Translations under genes and position numbers: made by a program
Assembly: GCF_000025945.1 (NCBI RefSeq)
Contig: NC_006138.1
Coordinates: forward strand, 3,000,001 to 3,032,000
From: Desulfotalea psychrophila LSv54
GTDB taxonomy: Bacteria > Desulfobacterota > Desulfobulbia > Desulfobulbales > Desulfocapsaceae
Reading direction: 5' to 3'
Length of the DNA: 32,000 nucleotides
Notes under the pieces: model-generated
The model's database searches: none
The model's input: only the letters and a program-made list of their open reading frames with translations
What the model was told of the DNA's origin: nothing
Shown here: in pieces, positions 1-9,079 of the stretch
How the letters are laid out: the number at the start of each line of letters is the position of its first letter
How positions within the stretch are numbered: the stretch's first letter is position 1

Positions 1-425
1 GAGGCCTCAAGATTTAAAAAAACAATATGAGTAAGAATGTCATAAACCTCGCTCTCGCCCCGGGTGACGATAAAGCACATTTCAGTCTCAGAAATAGCAT
101 AGGAGAGCCTGCGTCGTTTAAGTGGCGTCCTCTTTTCAAAGGATGTTTGAGCAAAATCGTCAACACTGGTAAGGACAAGTTTTTCACATTTCTCAATTCC
201 ACGGGGCATACGATTAATCACGTACTCCAAGCCTTTAAGCTCAACGACACGCGGATCATTCATGGAACCATATATTTCAGGACTGATCTGAATGAGGGCC
301 TCTGCCAACTTCTCCCCCATCACATCGGTTGGTCGATAATAACCCTGAATAATAATCGCATCGGCTATGGTTTTAAATGTAGCAATTGCCCTACGAGACC
401 GTTGCGCCTTGGTAAGATGGTCCAT
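1..425 (-). CDS. Conserved uncharacterised protein, N-terminal ~141 aa (gene truncated by window start; not in supplied ORF track)
   Basis: Reverse complement from 425 reads ATG GAC CAT CTT ACC AAG ... = MDHLTKAQRSRRAIATFKTIADAIIIQGYYRPTDVMGEKLAEALIQISPEIYGSMNDPRVVELKGLEYVINRMPRGIEKCEKLVLTSVDDFAQTSFEKRTPLKRRRLSYAISETEMCFIVTRGESEVYDILTHIVFLNLEAS, open to the window edge, preceded by a GAGGA ribosome-binding-like motif. The protein-like composition argues against the overlapping plus-strand ORF 27..440. Confidence 0.75.
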   Translation of the reverse strand, partial: MDHLTKAQRSRRAIATFKTIADAIIIQGYYRPTDVMGEKLAEALIQISPEIYGSMNDPRVVELKGLEYVINRMPRGIEKCEKLVLTSVDDFAQTSFEKRTPLKRRRLSYAISETEMCFIVTRGESEVYDILTHIVFLNLEA

Positions 426-577
426 ATAAAATCCTCATAAAGTCTTGTTTAGCAAGTTAGGTGAGAAAACATACAGAAAAGATTAATACAACACGTATGA
501 AAATACTACCATATCGTGTTGTATTATAAGAAAAGTTACAGGAGAATGGGCAGGTGGGGCGAGAAGTAAGGGTAAGA

Positions 578-1159
578 CTAAGCTAGATAGGATTCCAAGA
601 CTGCAATTAATTCATCACGCCCCTGGCCTGTCTTAGAAGAAAAAAGGATTCGCTCATCTTTTTTGATTCCATGACCTGCGTCAAGAATGGCGGCATGCCT
701 GCTAAGCTGATTACCTGACAACTTATCTATTTTAGTATAAATCGGTAAAACAGGCACCTTCTGCTCACGAAGCCAGTCAAGCAATTGACGATCAAGGGCC
801 TTAGGCTCATGGCGAATATCAATAATAACCACAACACACTTTAAAGCCTCTCTTTCGGAAATATAGCTGGTGATCAGCTTTTGCCAGTTATTTTGCATTT
901 CTTTGGAGACCCGGGCAAAACCATAGCCAGGTAAATCGACGAGCATACAATCTTCAGCAGCCTGGAAAAAATTCAATCCCTGGGTTTTTCCCGGCCTGCC
1001 ACTTACCTTAACAAAACCACTTCGTCTCAACAGGGTATTCATCAGACTAGATTTACCAACATTAGACCGACCGGCAAAGGCAAACTCAGGCAAACCATCT
1101 TCAGGCAACTGGTCTAAACCGTGAACACTTAGGAGAAACGTAATATCGTTTAAATTCAC
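578..1159 (-). CDS. engB: Ribosome biogenesis GTP-binding protein YsxC/EngB
   Basis: EFAFAGRSNVGKSSLMNTLL (P-loop), KTQGLNFF, LVDLPGYGFA (G3), YTKIDKL (G4); typical ~193 aa size. GTG start. Confidence 0.96.
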   Translation of the reverse strand: MNLNDITFLLSVHGLDQLPEDGLPEFAFAGRSNVGKSSLMNTLLRRSGFVKVSGRPGKTQGLNFFQAAEDCMLVDLPGYGFARVSKEMQNNWQKLITSYISEREALKCVVVIIDIRHEPKALDRQLLDWLREQKVPVLPIYTKIDKLSGNQLSRHAAILDAGHGIKKDERILFSSKTGQGRDELIAVLESYLA

Positions 1160-1194
1160 TGTTTCTTCTCCTCATTATAATTAAAAACAAAATA

Positions 1195-1222
1195 GGGATA
1201 AAACCATAATTGGTTTTATCCC
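1195..1222 (-). terminator. Intrinsic terminator downstream of hisG, minus orientation
   Basis: Perfect 12-bp inverted repeat gggataaaacca / taat / tggttttatccc; on the minus strand the stem is followed by TATTTTGTTTTTAA. Confidence 0.65.
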
Positions 1223-1295
1223 ATAAATCTGCCCCCTACGAGGCTAAACCAGCATGTTTACCACAAACCGGTTTAAAGAAAAACAGCAAAGATGA

Positions 1296-2180
1296 TCAGA
1301 TCACCTTATTAAGAGCATACTCAATGATACCCTCGGCCCCAACCTTATGCAAACGGGGCACAAGATCACGAACAATATCTTTTGAGATAACAGTCTCAAC
1401 GGAAAACCATTCAGCATCGGAGAGTCCTGCTACAGTCGGAGCATTAACACTGGGGAGCATTGCAACAATTTCGTCAAGTTGCTCTGCTGCCACATTCATC
1501 TTGAGACCAACAATCCTATCGGCCTTGAGGGCCCCTTGAAGCAGGAGGCACATATTCTCAATTTTTTCACGCTTCCAAGGGTTCTCCCAAGCCTCTTTAT
1601 TGGCTATAAACTGGGTATTGGACTCCATGAGTTCATAAATAATTCTGAGACCATGGGCACGGATAGTATTTTCTGTTTCCGTTACCTCAACCACCGCATC
1701 CACAAGACCTGCAACTACCTTTGCCTCGGTGGCACCCCAAGAAAACTCGATCTCTACGTTGATACCAAGATCCTTAAAAAATCTCTCACTAACGCCAACG
1801 AGTTCTGTAGAAATTTTCTTCCCCTCAAGATCTTCAAGGGTTTTGATATCAGAATCACCAGCCACGGCAACCACCCAACGAGTGGGGCGGTTACTCACTT
1901 TAGAATAGACCAGATCACTTACCACAACAATCTCTGACTGATTCTCCATGGTCCAATCTTTGCCGGTGATACCAGCGTCCAACATACCACTCTCGACATA
2001 ACGAGACATTTCCTGAGGACGACAGATCGAGCAATCCAACTCAGGATCATCTATTTTAGGAAAATAGTTACGGGCAGCAGGCTTAATAAGCCAACCAGCC
2101 TTTTCAAAAAGATTAATCGTGGCAACCTCAAGACTTCCCTTTGGCAATCCCAGTTTCAACTGACTCATCTCACACTCCAT
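1296..2180 (-). CDS. hisG: ATP phosphoribosyltransferase, long (HisG_L-type) form
   Basis: LKLGLPKGSLEVATINLFEKAGW, RPQEMSRYVESGMLDAGITGKDW, SDLVYSKVSNRPTRWVVAV, LVDAVVEVTETENTIRAHGLRII; 294 aa with C-terminal regulatory-type extension. Confidence 0.96.
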   Translation of the reverse strand: MECEMSQLKLGLPKGSLEVATINLFEKAGWLIKPAARNYFPKIDDPELDCSICRPQEMSRYVESGMLDAGITGKDWTMENQSEIVVVSDLVYSKVSNRPTRWVVAVAGDSDIKTLEDLEGKKISTELVGVSERFFKDLGINVEIEFSWGATEAKVVAGLVDAVVEVTETENTIRAHGLRIIYELMESNTQFIANKEAWENPWKREKIENMCLLLQGALKADRIVGLKMNVAAEQLDEIVAMLPSVNAPTVAGLSDAEWFSVETVISKDIVRDLVPRLHKVGAEGIIEYALNKVI

Positions 2181-2212
2181 TATATATTTTTATTCTTTTA
2201 TTAATAATCAGA

Positions 2213-2596
2213 CTATTTACTGCCATAAACCTGGGCAGGGTCAAAAAGTGGTTTCCCCTCCACAACCAATTCCCCTTGATGGACTCTTCGAAAAAAGCAG
2301 GATCGATGGCCTGTATGACAGGCAGCATCACCAATTTGGTCAACCTTAAAAACAACAGTGTCGCTATCGCAATCAACCAGGATATCGTGGATAACCTGAA
2401 CGTTTCCTGAAGATTCTCCCTTCAACCAGAGGCTGTTACGAGATCTGCTCCAATAATGCGCCTGTCCTGTCTCTAAAGTTTTTTCCCAAGAAAGTTTGTT
2501 GATATACGCCAGCATCAGTACCTCACCGCTAACATAGTCCTGAACCACTGCGGGAAGTAATCCGTCCACAGATTTTTCGAAATTAAGTTCAACCAT
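2213..2596 (-). CDS. hisI: Phosphoribosyl-AMP cyclohydrolase
   Basis: [41 protein letters not shown] ... [29 protein letters not shown], the standard HisI motifs; co-oriented with hisG. Confidence 0.96.
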   Translation of the reverse strand: MVELNFEKSVDGLLPAVVQDYVSGEVLMLAYINKLSWEKTLETGQAHYWSRSRNSLWLKGESSGNVQVIHDILVDCDSDTVVFKVDQIGDAACHTGHRSCFFRRVHQGELVVEGKPLFDPAQVYGSK

Positions 2597-2950
2597 AGCT
2601 TTTCCTGTTAAATTTATAACAATTATAGTTTTTTAGTACAAAAAGCCCAAAAAAGCATTCAGCCTTCTGCTAAAAGAGCTACGTAGCATACGGGGGTCTG
2701 CAAGCAAAGTCAAGGATACAGCCATTATTTTTTTTACATTATGACAGATTAAAAGAGATTTCCTGAATGATGCACAGAAATCATATTTTTTACATGCTAA
2801 AAAAAACGTATTTAGCATTTTTACACGAACAAGAGAAAACAAGACTCCATTAAATAAAAAGAGAAGCTTGCATAATACGACGCCAACATTATATTCTGCT
2901 TCAAATTCTGTTTTGACCAACATTCATCCTAGACAATAAAGGAAACAACC

Positions 2951-3394
2951 ATGCCCCCTTTACAAGACAATACTGTTGTCATACTTAGCTATATCGGCAA
3001 ACTCGACAACGGTGAAATTTTTCAAAAAATAGACGTAGAAGCACCCATAAAGGCAACTCTTGGCAGCAGTGAATTGCCCCCCATGGTAGAGGAGGCTGTA
3101 CGCAACATGACTCCTGGAGAAAGCACCTCCGTGCGTGTACCGCCGGAAGAGGGCTTTGGTCCACGACAGAAAATTCTCCTTCAAGAGATCGAAAATAAGG
3201 AATTTATCGAAAGGGTGAAGCCTAAACCAGGTATGATTATCACCCTTAATGCTCAAAAGGATGGGGCAGAAGAACCAGTCCCTGTTCCTGCCACCATCAT
3301 GGAAATTAACGGCGATACCGTTCTTGTCGACTACAACCACCCCCTTGCAGGGCATCATCTTACCTACGATGTCACCCTTATAGCTGTTGAATAA
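2951..3394 (+). CDS. FKBP-type peptidyl-prolyl cis-trans isomerase (SlyD-like)
   Basis: VVILSYIGKLDNGEIFQK, EEAVRNMTPGESTSVRVPPEEGFG, VDYNHPLAGHHLTYDVTLI, typical of SlyD-like FKBPs. Confidence 0.92.
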   Translation: MPPLQDNTVVILSYIGKLDNGEIFQKIDVEAPIKATLGSSELPPMVEEAVRNMTPGESTSVRVPPEEGFGPRQKILLQEIENKEFIERVKPKPGMIITLNAQKDGAEEPVPVPATIMEINGDTVLVDYNHPLAGHHLTYDVTLIAVE

Positions 3395-3400
3395 AAAAAT

Positions 3401-3436
3401 GCCCCTGTTATGAAAATCTCCACCCATAACAGGGGC
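3401..3436 (-). terminator. Strong hairpin with U-tract only in the minus orientation
   Basis: Perfect 12-bp stem gcccctgttatg ... cataacaggggc; minus-strand RNA would continue AUUUUUUUAUUC. The plus side is followed by aaaagag with no U-tract. Confidence 0.6.
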
Positions 3437-3658
3437 AAAAGAGACAGAACATAAACCTCTCCATCCTGCTGAGTTATTTACAGATCCCCCCGCACCCCAT
3501 CTTTCTTTTCAGAAAACAAAAATCTTTTTCTTTACACCAATATATATAGATATTTTGGCAATGAACCGATATATTATCAAATAATATTTCAGTAAAAAGA
3601 AATATTTCACCTTTTTATATAAACATTGTAATATTTTCCTGACTACCTATCCTCTTGC

Positions 3659-6472
3659 TTGGAGCATATGATGGACTTTGAAGATGACGAAATACTCCAA
3701 GGCTTCGTAGAAGAATCCCTTGAACACCTCTCTAGTATAGAAAATGATCTACTCGCTATCGAAGAGGGAGGTGCGGCCATAGATGAAGAACTTGTAAATA
3801 AGGTTTTCCGGGCAGCCCACTCCATAAAAGGTGGCGCTGGTTTTATGGGACTGACTGCTATCCAAGAACTTTCCCATGCAACAGAAAACATATTGGGCAT
3901 GGTGCGTAATAAATCCATTATTCCTACCCCTGAGATCATAAACGTTCTCCTTATTGCAGCAGACCAACTGCAGACAATGATTGAAGACGTGGCAAACAGT
4001 AATGAGGCGGATATAGCCAATCAAGTATCTGCCCTCAATGCTATTGCCGAAGATAGCAAAAATAAACAGGCCTCCCCGAAGCCTGTACCTGCGGTGGAAC
4101 CAGAGGCGCCTAAAGCAGAAATTGCAGAAGATGCCTTTGTCCTCTTTGCAGAGGCAGCTCCCGTAAAGACACCCCCCATAGAACAAGAAGAAATTGTGCC
4201 AGAGGCAGTGCTAGCAGAAACGCCAGCGGTAATAGAAACGCCAGCGGTAATAGAAACGCCAGTAGTAGAAACAGCAATCGAAGTAGTTTCTACGGTGGTG
4301 CAAAATATTGCGCCACAGGTCCCCGCCACCAAAGAGAGCAAGGCTGAAGGCAAAAAAACAACGGCTCAGTCGGACACCACTCTCAGGGTTCACGTCAGTC
4401 TTCTCGACTCCCTAATGACCCTGGCCGGCGAGTTAGTCCTCAGCAGAAACCAACTACTTCAAACAATTTCTACCCCTGAGCTTCACAATGTTGACACGGT
4501 AGGCCAACGTATCGACCTTATTACCTCCGAGCTACAAGAAGCGATTATGCTGACCCGCATGCAACCCATCGGCAATGTTTTTGGTAAGTTTCCGCGTGTG
4601 GTCCGAGATCTCTCTAAACAGCTGGGTAAAACAATTGATCTCAATATTGTTGGCAAGGACGTCGAACTTGATAAGACCATCATTGAAGCAATTAATGATC
4701 CTCTGACCCACCTGGTGCGTAACTCCGTTGACCACGGAATCGAACTTCCGGCAGAACGGTTAAAACGAGGCAAGAGTGAAAGAGGGCAAATTATCCTCAA
4801 GGCCTTTCATGAAGCAGGCCAGGTTTGTATTGAAATAAGCGATGATGGCAAAGGACTCGATGAAGAGGTTCTCACTGCCAGCGCAGTAAGCAAGGGACTG
4901 ATTTCGCCAGAACAGGCTCAGCTCATGTCGGGTAAGGAAAAGATAAACCTTATCTTCATGCCCGGTTTTTCAACCGCAGCCAAGGTAACCGATGTCTCCG
5001 GCCGTGGTGTCGGCATGGATGTGGTAAAAACCAACCTTGACCAACTTGGTGGAAATGTCGAGATCTTATCTGAACTGGGTCACGGCACAACTATTTCCAT
5101 CAAATTGCCACTGACCCTGGCCATCATCCCCTGTCAGATAATTACCCTTTCCAATGAAAGATACGCTATTCCTCAGGTAAATCTAGAAGAGCTTTTGCGC
5201 ATTTCCGCATCTCAGGTTAAGGAGAGAATAGAGCGAGTAGGAGATGCAGAGGTTGTTCGCCTTCGCGGCAATCTCCTTCCCCTTATTCGCCTTGCCGATG
5301 TTATCGGCCTTGGCCAACAGGACAAGGACCAGTCCTCCGCAGCCCTTGACACAGCAGGCGACAGCGCCCTTAATATCGTTGTGGTTTCTACTGGATCAAT
5401 GAAATATGGACTTATTGTTGACAGCCTTCAGGATTCTGAAGAGATCGTTATCAAACCCCTCGGTCGACACCTCCAACAGTGCAAGGCATATGCCGGAGCA
5501 ACGATCATGGGAGACGGCCGAATAGCCCTTATTCTGGATCTGGGAAATATTGCCAAAATGGCAACCCTCAACAGCCTGGAAGGAACCCAGCGCGCGGCAG
5601 AGCTTGCCCAGATAGCAGAAGATGAGAGCCAAATTCAAAAGGACAGACAATCTCTTCTTATATTTCACAACGCCGAAAAAGAGCAGTTCGCCGTTCCCCT
5701 CAATCAGGTCGAACGAATTGAGAAGATCAAACGGGCCGACATAGAAGATGTGGGTAACCACAGAACAATGCAATATCGTGGCGGAAATCTCCCTCTGATT
5801 CAAGTGGATGACGTTGCCGTAGTCAACCCTCTTGCTGACCACGACGACCTACTGGTTATTGTTTTCAATGTTGCCCTAACCACGGTTGGACTACTTGCCG
5901 TAGGCCCCGTTGACGCCATAGAGGTCTTTGTCGACATTGATGACAAAACTCTAAAACAGCCTGGCATTATGGGTTCATCTATCATTAACGGCAACACCAC
6001 CCTGTTGGTAAATATCTTTGAGTTAGTTAAAAACATCTTCCCTGAATGGTATAGCGAGCAGGACACTCCGCTCATTGAAACAGAAGATATGAAAGAGCCA
6101 CCCACAATTCTCATTGCTGAAGACTCCAATTTTTTTAGAAACCAACTTCGTAGCTACATGATAGAGGCGGGTTACCATATCATTGAAAGTGAAGATGGGG
6201 TAGAGGCCTTACAAAAACTTGAAGATCATTTTGACGAAATATCACTACTGGTAACAGATATAGAAATGCCCAATATGGATGGATTTGTCCTTACCGAACG
6301 AATCCGAGCCCACCATAGATTTTCTGAGTTACCCGTTATCGCCCTCACCACTCTTGCCTCCGAAGAAAACAGAGAGCGAGGCAAGGCCGTAGGTATAGAC
6401 GAATACCACGTCAAATTAGACAAGGAGCGGCTGATGGCTGCTGTTCACGGTATAATAAAACGCATATTTTAA
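3659..6472 (+). CDS. cheA: Chemotaxis histidine kinase CheA, hybrid with Hpt, HATPase, CheW-like region(s) and C-terminal receiver
   Basis: Hpt motif VFRAAHSIKGGAGFMG; N-box HLVRNSVDHGIE; G-boxes DDGKGLDEE and GRGVGMDVVKTNL; CheW-like regions after the kinase core; C-terminal receiver TILIAEDSNFFRNQ...LLVTDIEMPNMDGF. Confidence 0.96.
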   Translation: MEHMMDFEDDEILQGFVEESLEHLSSIENDLLAIEEGGAAIDEELVNKVFRAAHSIKGGAGFMGLTAIQELSHATENILGMVRNKSIIPTPEIINVLLIAADQLQTMIEDVANSNEADIANQVSALNAIAEDSKNKQASPKPVPAVEPEAPKAEIAEDAFVLFAEAAPVKTPPIEQEEIVPEAVLAETPAVIETPAVIETPVVETAIEVVSTVVQNIAPQVPATKESKAEGKKTTAQSDTTLRVHVSLLDSLMTLAGELVLSRNQLLQTISTPELHNVDTVGQRIDLITSELQEAIMLTRMQPIGNVFGKFPRVVRDLSKQLGKTIDLNIVGKDVELDKTIIEAINDPLTHLVRNSVDHGIELPAERLKRGKSERGQIILKAFHEAGQVCIEISDDGKGLDEEVLTASAVSKGLISPEQAQLMSGKEKINLIFMPGFSTAAKVTDVSGRGVGMDVVKTNLDQLGGNVEILSELGHGTTISIKLPLTLAIIPCQIITLSNERYAIPQVNLEELLRISASQVKERIERVGDAEVVRLRGNLLPLIRLADVIGLGQQDKDQSSAALDTAGDSALNIVVVSTGSMKYGLIVDSLQDSEEIVIKPLGRHLQQCKAYAGATIMGDGRIALILDLGNIAKMATLNSLEGTQRAAELAQIAEDESQIQKDRQSLLIFHNAEKEQFAVPLNQVERIEKIKRADIEDVGNHRTMQYRGGNLPLIQVDDVAVVNPLADHDDLLVIVFNVALTTVGLLAVGPVDAIEVFVDIDDKTLKQPGIMGSSIINGNTTLLVNIFELVKNIFPEWYSEQDTPLIETEDMKEPPTILIAEDSNFFRNQLRSYMIEAGYHIIESEDGVEALQKLEDHFDEISLLVTDIEMPNMDGFVLTERIRAHHRFSELPVIALTTLASEENRERGKAVGIDEYHVKLDKERLMAAVHGIIKRIF
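4221..4256 (+). repeat. Perfect 18-nt direct repeat x2 (with a diverged third unit) inside the cheA linker
   Basis: cgccagcggtaatagaaa repeated twice in tandem, encoding (T)PAVIE-TPAVIE-TPVVE. Confidence 0.85.
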
Positions 6473-6496
6473 TGCCATAAGACAAGGTAAATCGTT

Positions 6497-6949
6497 ATGG
6501 AAACTGCAGAAAAAGAAAACAAAGACGTAATAGAGCTTGCAACATTTTTTATCGGCAACGCTCTCTGTGGCATGGATATCCTTATGGTGCAGGAGATAAA
6601 CAAACTCAACCAAATGACCAAGGTGCCACAGGCTCCGGACTATGTGTTGGGCATCCTTAATCTCAGAGGACAAATTGTCACCATTATCGATCTTGGCAAA
6701 AAACTTGGTCTTGGCAAAACAGATTCCTCACAGGATTCTCGTAATATTATTGTCAACTCCCCCGGTGGCCATGTGGGCCTTCTGGTCAACCAAATCAGCG
6801 ATGTGGTATCCGCTGACACGGAGAGGATAGAGATGCCTCCTGCCAATATGGCTGGCATCCAGGGAGATTTTTTTACCGGCGTCTACAAGACTGAAAAAAA
6901 CTTGATCGGCATACTTGATATTGAAAAAGTTCTTAGCTCTGAAGATTAA
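6497..6949 (+). CDS. cheW: Chemotaxis coupling protein CheW
   Basis: LATFFIGNALCGMDILMVQEINKLNQMTKVPQAPDYVLGILNLRGQIVTIIDLGKKLG, canonical CheW fold motifs. Confidence 0.95.
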   Translation: METAEKENKDVIELATFFIGNALCGMDILMVQEINKLNQMTKVPQAPDYVLGILNLRGQIVTIIDLGKKLGLGKTDSSQDSRNIIVNSPGGHVGLLVNQISDVVSADTERIEMPPANMAGIQGDFFTGVYKTEKNLIGILDIEKVLSSED

Positions 6950-8053
6950 TTGGTGTTTATGAAAAATTTGCGCGTTCTCGTTGTCGATGACACAATACTA
7001 TACCGTAAGATCGTTTCTGACCTGCTCCGAGAAATCCCCGGAATAGAGGTGATCGGCGTTGCCCACAATGGCAAAATCGCCCTCGATAAAATCAGGCTCT
7101 CAAAACCTGATCTTATAACCCTGGATATTGAAATGCCCGTGATGAACGGCATTGAATTACTGGAACACCTCAAAGACATCCCCGATGCTCCGGGGGCGGT
7201 CATGCTCTCTACTCTCACCTCGGATGGAAGTCGGATGACCATGAAGGCCCTGGAACTTGGGGCCTTTGATTTTATCCTCAAGCCTCAGGAGAAGACTCCG
7301 GCGGCAAATAAGGCCGCACTGGCAAATTCTCTTAAACAGATCGTAAAGACATATCGATTAAGAAACATAGGCTTCTCAAGAACAAGGGCTACAACTCCTG
7401 CGTCGAGGTTAAGCCCACGCACCACCATAAAGAGAGAAATAAAGACAACGGACAGGTCTATAAAAAAGGGTAAGGCTGAAATTGTGGTAATTGGCATCTC
7501 CACAGGCGGGCCCAACGCCCTTACCAATATGTTACCCCAAATACCAGGAAATATAGGCGTACCCATACTCATCGTCCAACACATGCCGCCGGTGTTTACC
7601 GCCTCTTTGGCAACAAGCCTCAACAAAAAATGCCAAATAGAGGTAAAAGAAGCAGAAGATGGGGAGGCCATTCAACCAGGCATTGCATATATTGCTCCTG
7701 GTGGCAAACAGATGAAGATATCTGCCTCAAAAAATGGAGTAGAGCGTCTCATTAAGATTACAAATGACCCACCAGAGAACTCTTGCAGGCCATCAGTTGA
7801 TTACCTTTTCAGATCTGTTGGCGACTATTTTATTGGTCGGGCAACAGCTGTTATTATGACAGGAATGGGCGCAGATGGCACCAAAGGGTTGGAAGTGCTG
7901 ATGGCTAAGGGGGCACACTCTATTGGTCAGGACGAAGAGAGTTGCGTTGTCTACGGCATGCCAAAAAGTGTCGCAGATGCAGGACTGATTGATACGGTAT
8001 GTCCACTCAACAAGATTGCCCAGGAGATAGTTCATACCGTAAAACTCTATTAA
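6950..8053 (+). CDS. cheB: Chemotaxis response regulator protein-glutamate methylesterase CheB
   Basis: N-terminal receiver RVLVVDDTILYRKIV...LITLDIEMPVMNGIELL and C-terminal methylesterase IGISTGGPNAL, IVQHMPPVFTASLA, MTGMGADGTKGLEVL. Confidence 0.97.
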   Translation: MVFMKNLRVLVVDDTILYRKIVSDLLREIPGIEVIGVAHNGKIALDKIRLSKPDLITLDIEMPVMNGIELLEHLKDIPDAPGAVMLSTLTSDGSRMTMKALELGAFDFILKPQEKTPAANKAALANSLKQIVKTYRLRNIGFSRTRATTPASRLSPRTTIKREIKTTDRSIKKGKAEIVVIGISTGGPNALTNMLPQIPGNIGVPILIVQHMPPVFTASLATSLNKKCQIEVKEAEDGEAIQPGIAYIAPGGKQMKISASKNGVERLIKITNDPPENSCRPSVDYLFRSVGDYFIGRATAVIMTGMGADGTKGLEVLMAKGAHSIGQDEESCVVYGMPKSVADAGLIDTVCPLNKIAQEIVHTVKLY

Positions 8054-8101
8054 CTTTCTCCTTTTCTCATGTTTCCCCTACACAACATGACCTCTCCTGC
8101 A

Positions 8102-8121
8102 CGGGATAAGAAATTATCCCG
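8102..8121. other. 8-bp inverted repeat in the cheB-cheR intergenic region; GAAA loop on plus strand
   Basis: cgggataa gaaa ttatcccg; no following T-tract. Confidence 0.4.
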
Positions 8122-8151
8122 ATAGCATACACCACAACCAGACACCATAAT

Positions 8152-9003
8152 ATGTTACCTATCACGAAAAACGAACTGAACCTCCTGGTTCAATATATAC
8201 ATGGCGCATCTGGTATCTCTCTAGATAGCAGTAAGGCATATCTCCTTGAGGCGCGACTCAGCCCTATTTTAAAAAAGAACGGCTTCCCCACCTATCTAGA
8301 TCTTTGCCATAAGGCAAAGCGTGACCCTAGCAAAAAATTAGAGAGAGAGATCATCGATGCTATCTCCACCAACGAAACCCTCTTTTTTCGCGACAAGGCC
8401 CCCTTTGAACTTCTCAAGAACAAGATATTACCTGAAATAATCGATGCACGTTCCCCCCAAAGTACTAGCCTGCCACCCTATATAAAAATATGGAGTGCAG
8501 CCTCATCCACAGGCCAAGAGCTCTACTCCATCGCCATAACAATACGTGAGCTTCTGGGCACTTCGAGCAAATATCGTTTCCATCTCCTTGGAACCGACAT
8601 TTCTAACAATGCAGTGAGCCAGGCATCCTATGGCAAATACAATAAGTTTGAGGTAGACAGAGGGCTCGATATCAACCAACGGAACAAATACTTTGTAAGT
8701 GATGGTGATAGTTGGAAGATCAAAGATGAAATTCGGGCAATGGTTAAATTTCAAAAATTTAACCTCATGCAGCCCCTCACCTCTTTAGGCAAATTCGACA
8801 TAATTTTTTGTCGAAACGTAGCTATTTACTTCTCTGCTGAAGACAGAAGAAAACTTTTTGCCAAGCTCGAAATGTCTCTGGCAGATGATGGCTTTTTAGT
8901 AATAGGCTCTACTGAATCCCTCTCTGGAATTGCAGATCAATTTATACCAAAACGCCACATGCGATCTATTTTCTACGAAAAGGCAGGTAAAGCAAAAATT
9001 TAA
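8152..9003 (+). CDS. cheR: Chemotaxis protein methyltransferase CheR
   Basis: ISTNETLFFRDKAPFELL, KIWSAASSTGQELYSIAI, LLGTDISNNAVSQA, FDIIFCRNVAIYF, FLVIGSTESL. Confidence 0.96.
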   Translation: MLPITKNELNLLVQYIHGASGISLDSSKAYLLEARLSPILKKNGFPTYLDLCHKAKRDPSKKLEREIIDAISTNETLFFRDKAPFELLKNKILPEIIDARSPQSTSLPPYIKIWSAASSTGQELYSIAITIRELLGTSSKYRFHLLGTDISNNAVSQASYGKYNKFEVDRGLDINQRNKYFVSDGDSWKIKDEIRAMVKFQKFNLMQPLTSLGKFDIIFCRNVAIYFSAEDRRKLFAKLEMSLADDGFLVIGSTESLSGIADQFIPKRHMRSIFYEKAGKAKI

Positions 9004-9008
9004 TCACA

Positions 9009-9052
9009 GTTAGACCAGAACAAAAAGACTCATCTCTCCACTCTGATCTAAC
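9009..9052. other. Inverted repeat between the convergent cheR and pentapeptide genes; possible terminator structure
   Basis: gttagaccaga / 22-nt loop / tctgatctaac: 11-bp stem with one C:A mismatch on plus and a G:U wobble on minus. No clean T-tract. Confidence 0.3.
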
Positions 9053-9079
9053 CTCTTGCAGGCCGATATGCTAGCCAGT

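Noticed and set aside
27-440. 137-aa plus-strand ORF at the window start
   Set aside because: It is antisense to a better-supported minus-strand coding frame with an SD motif; its composition looks like a shadow ORF.
2633-2923. 96-aa minus-strand ORF between hisI and the PPIase gene
   Set aside because: AT-rich intergenic DNA, Phe/Leu/Cys-rich translation, no recognisable motif or convincing SD.
3643-4353. Antisense ORFs over the start of cheA (3643..4020, 4021..4353 and related)
   Set aside because: Shadow ORFs with Ser/Thr/Ala low-complexity translations opposite a strongly supported cheA.
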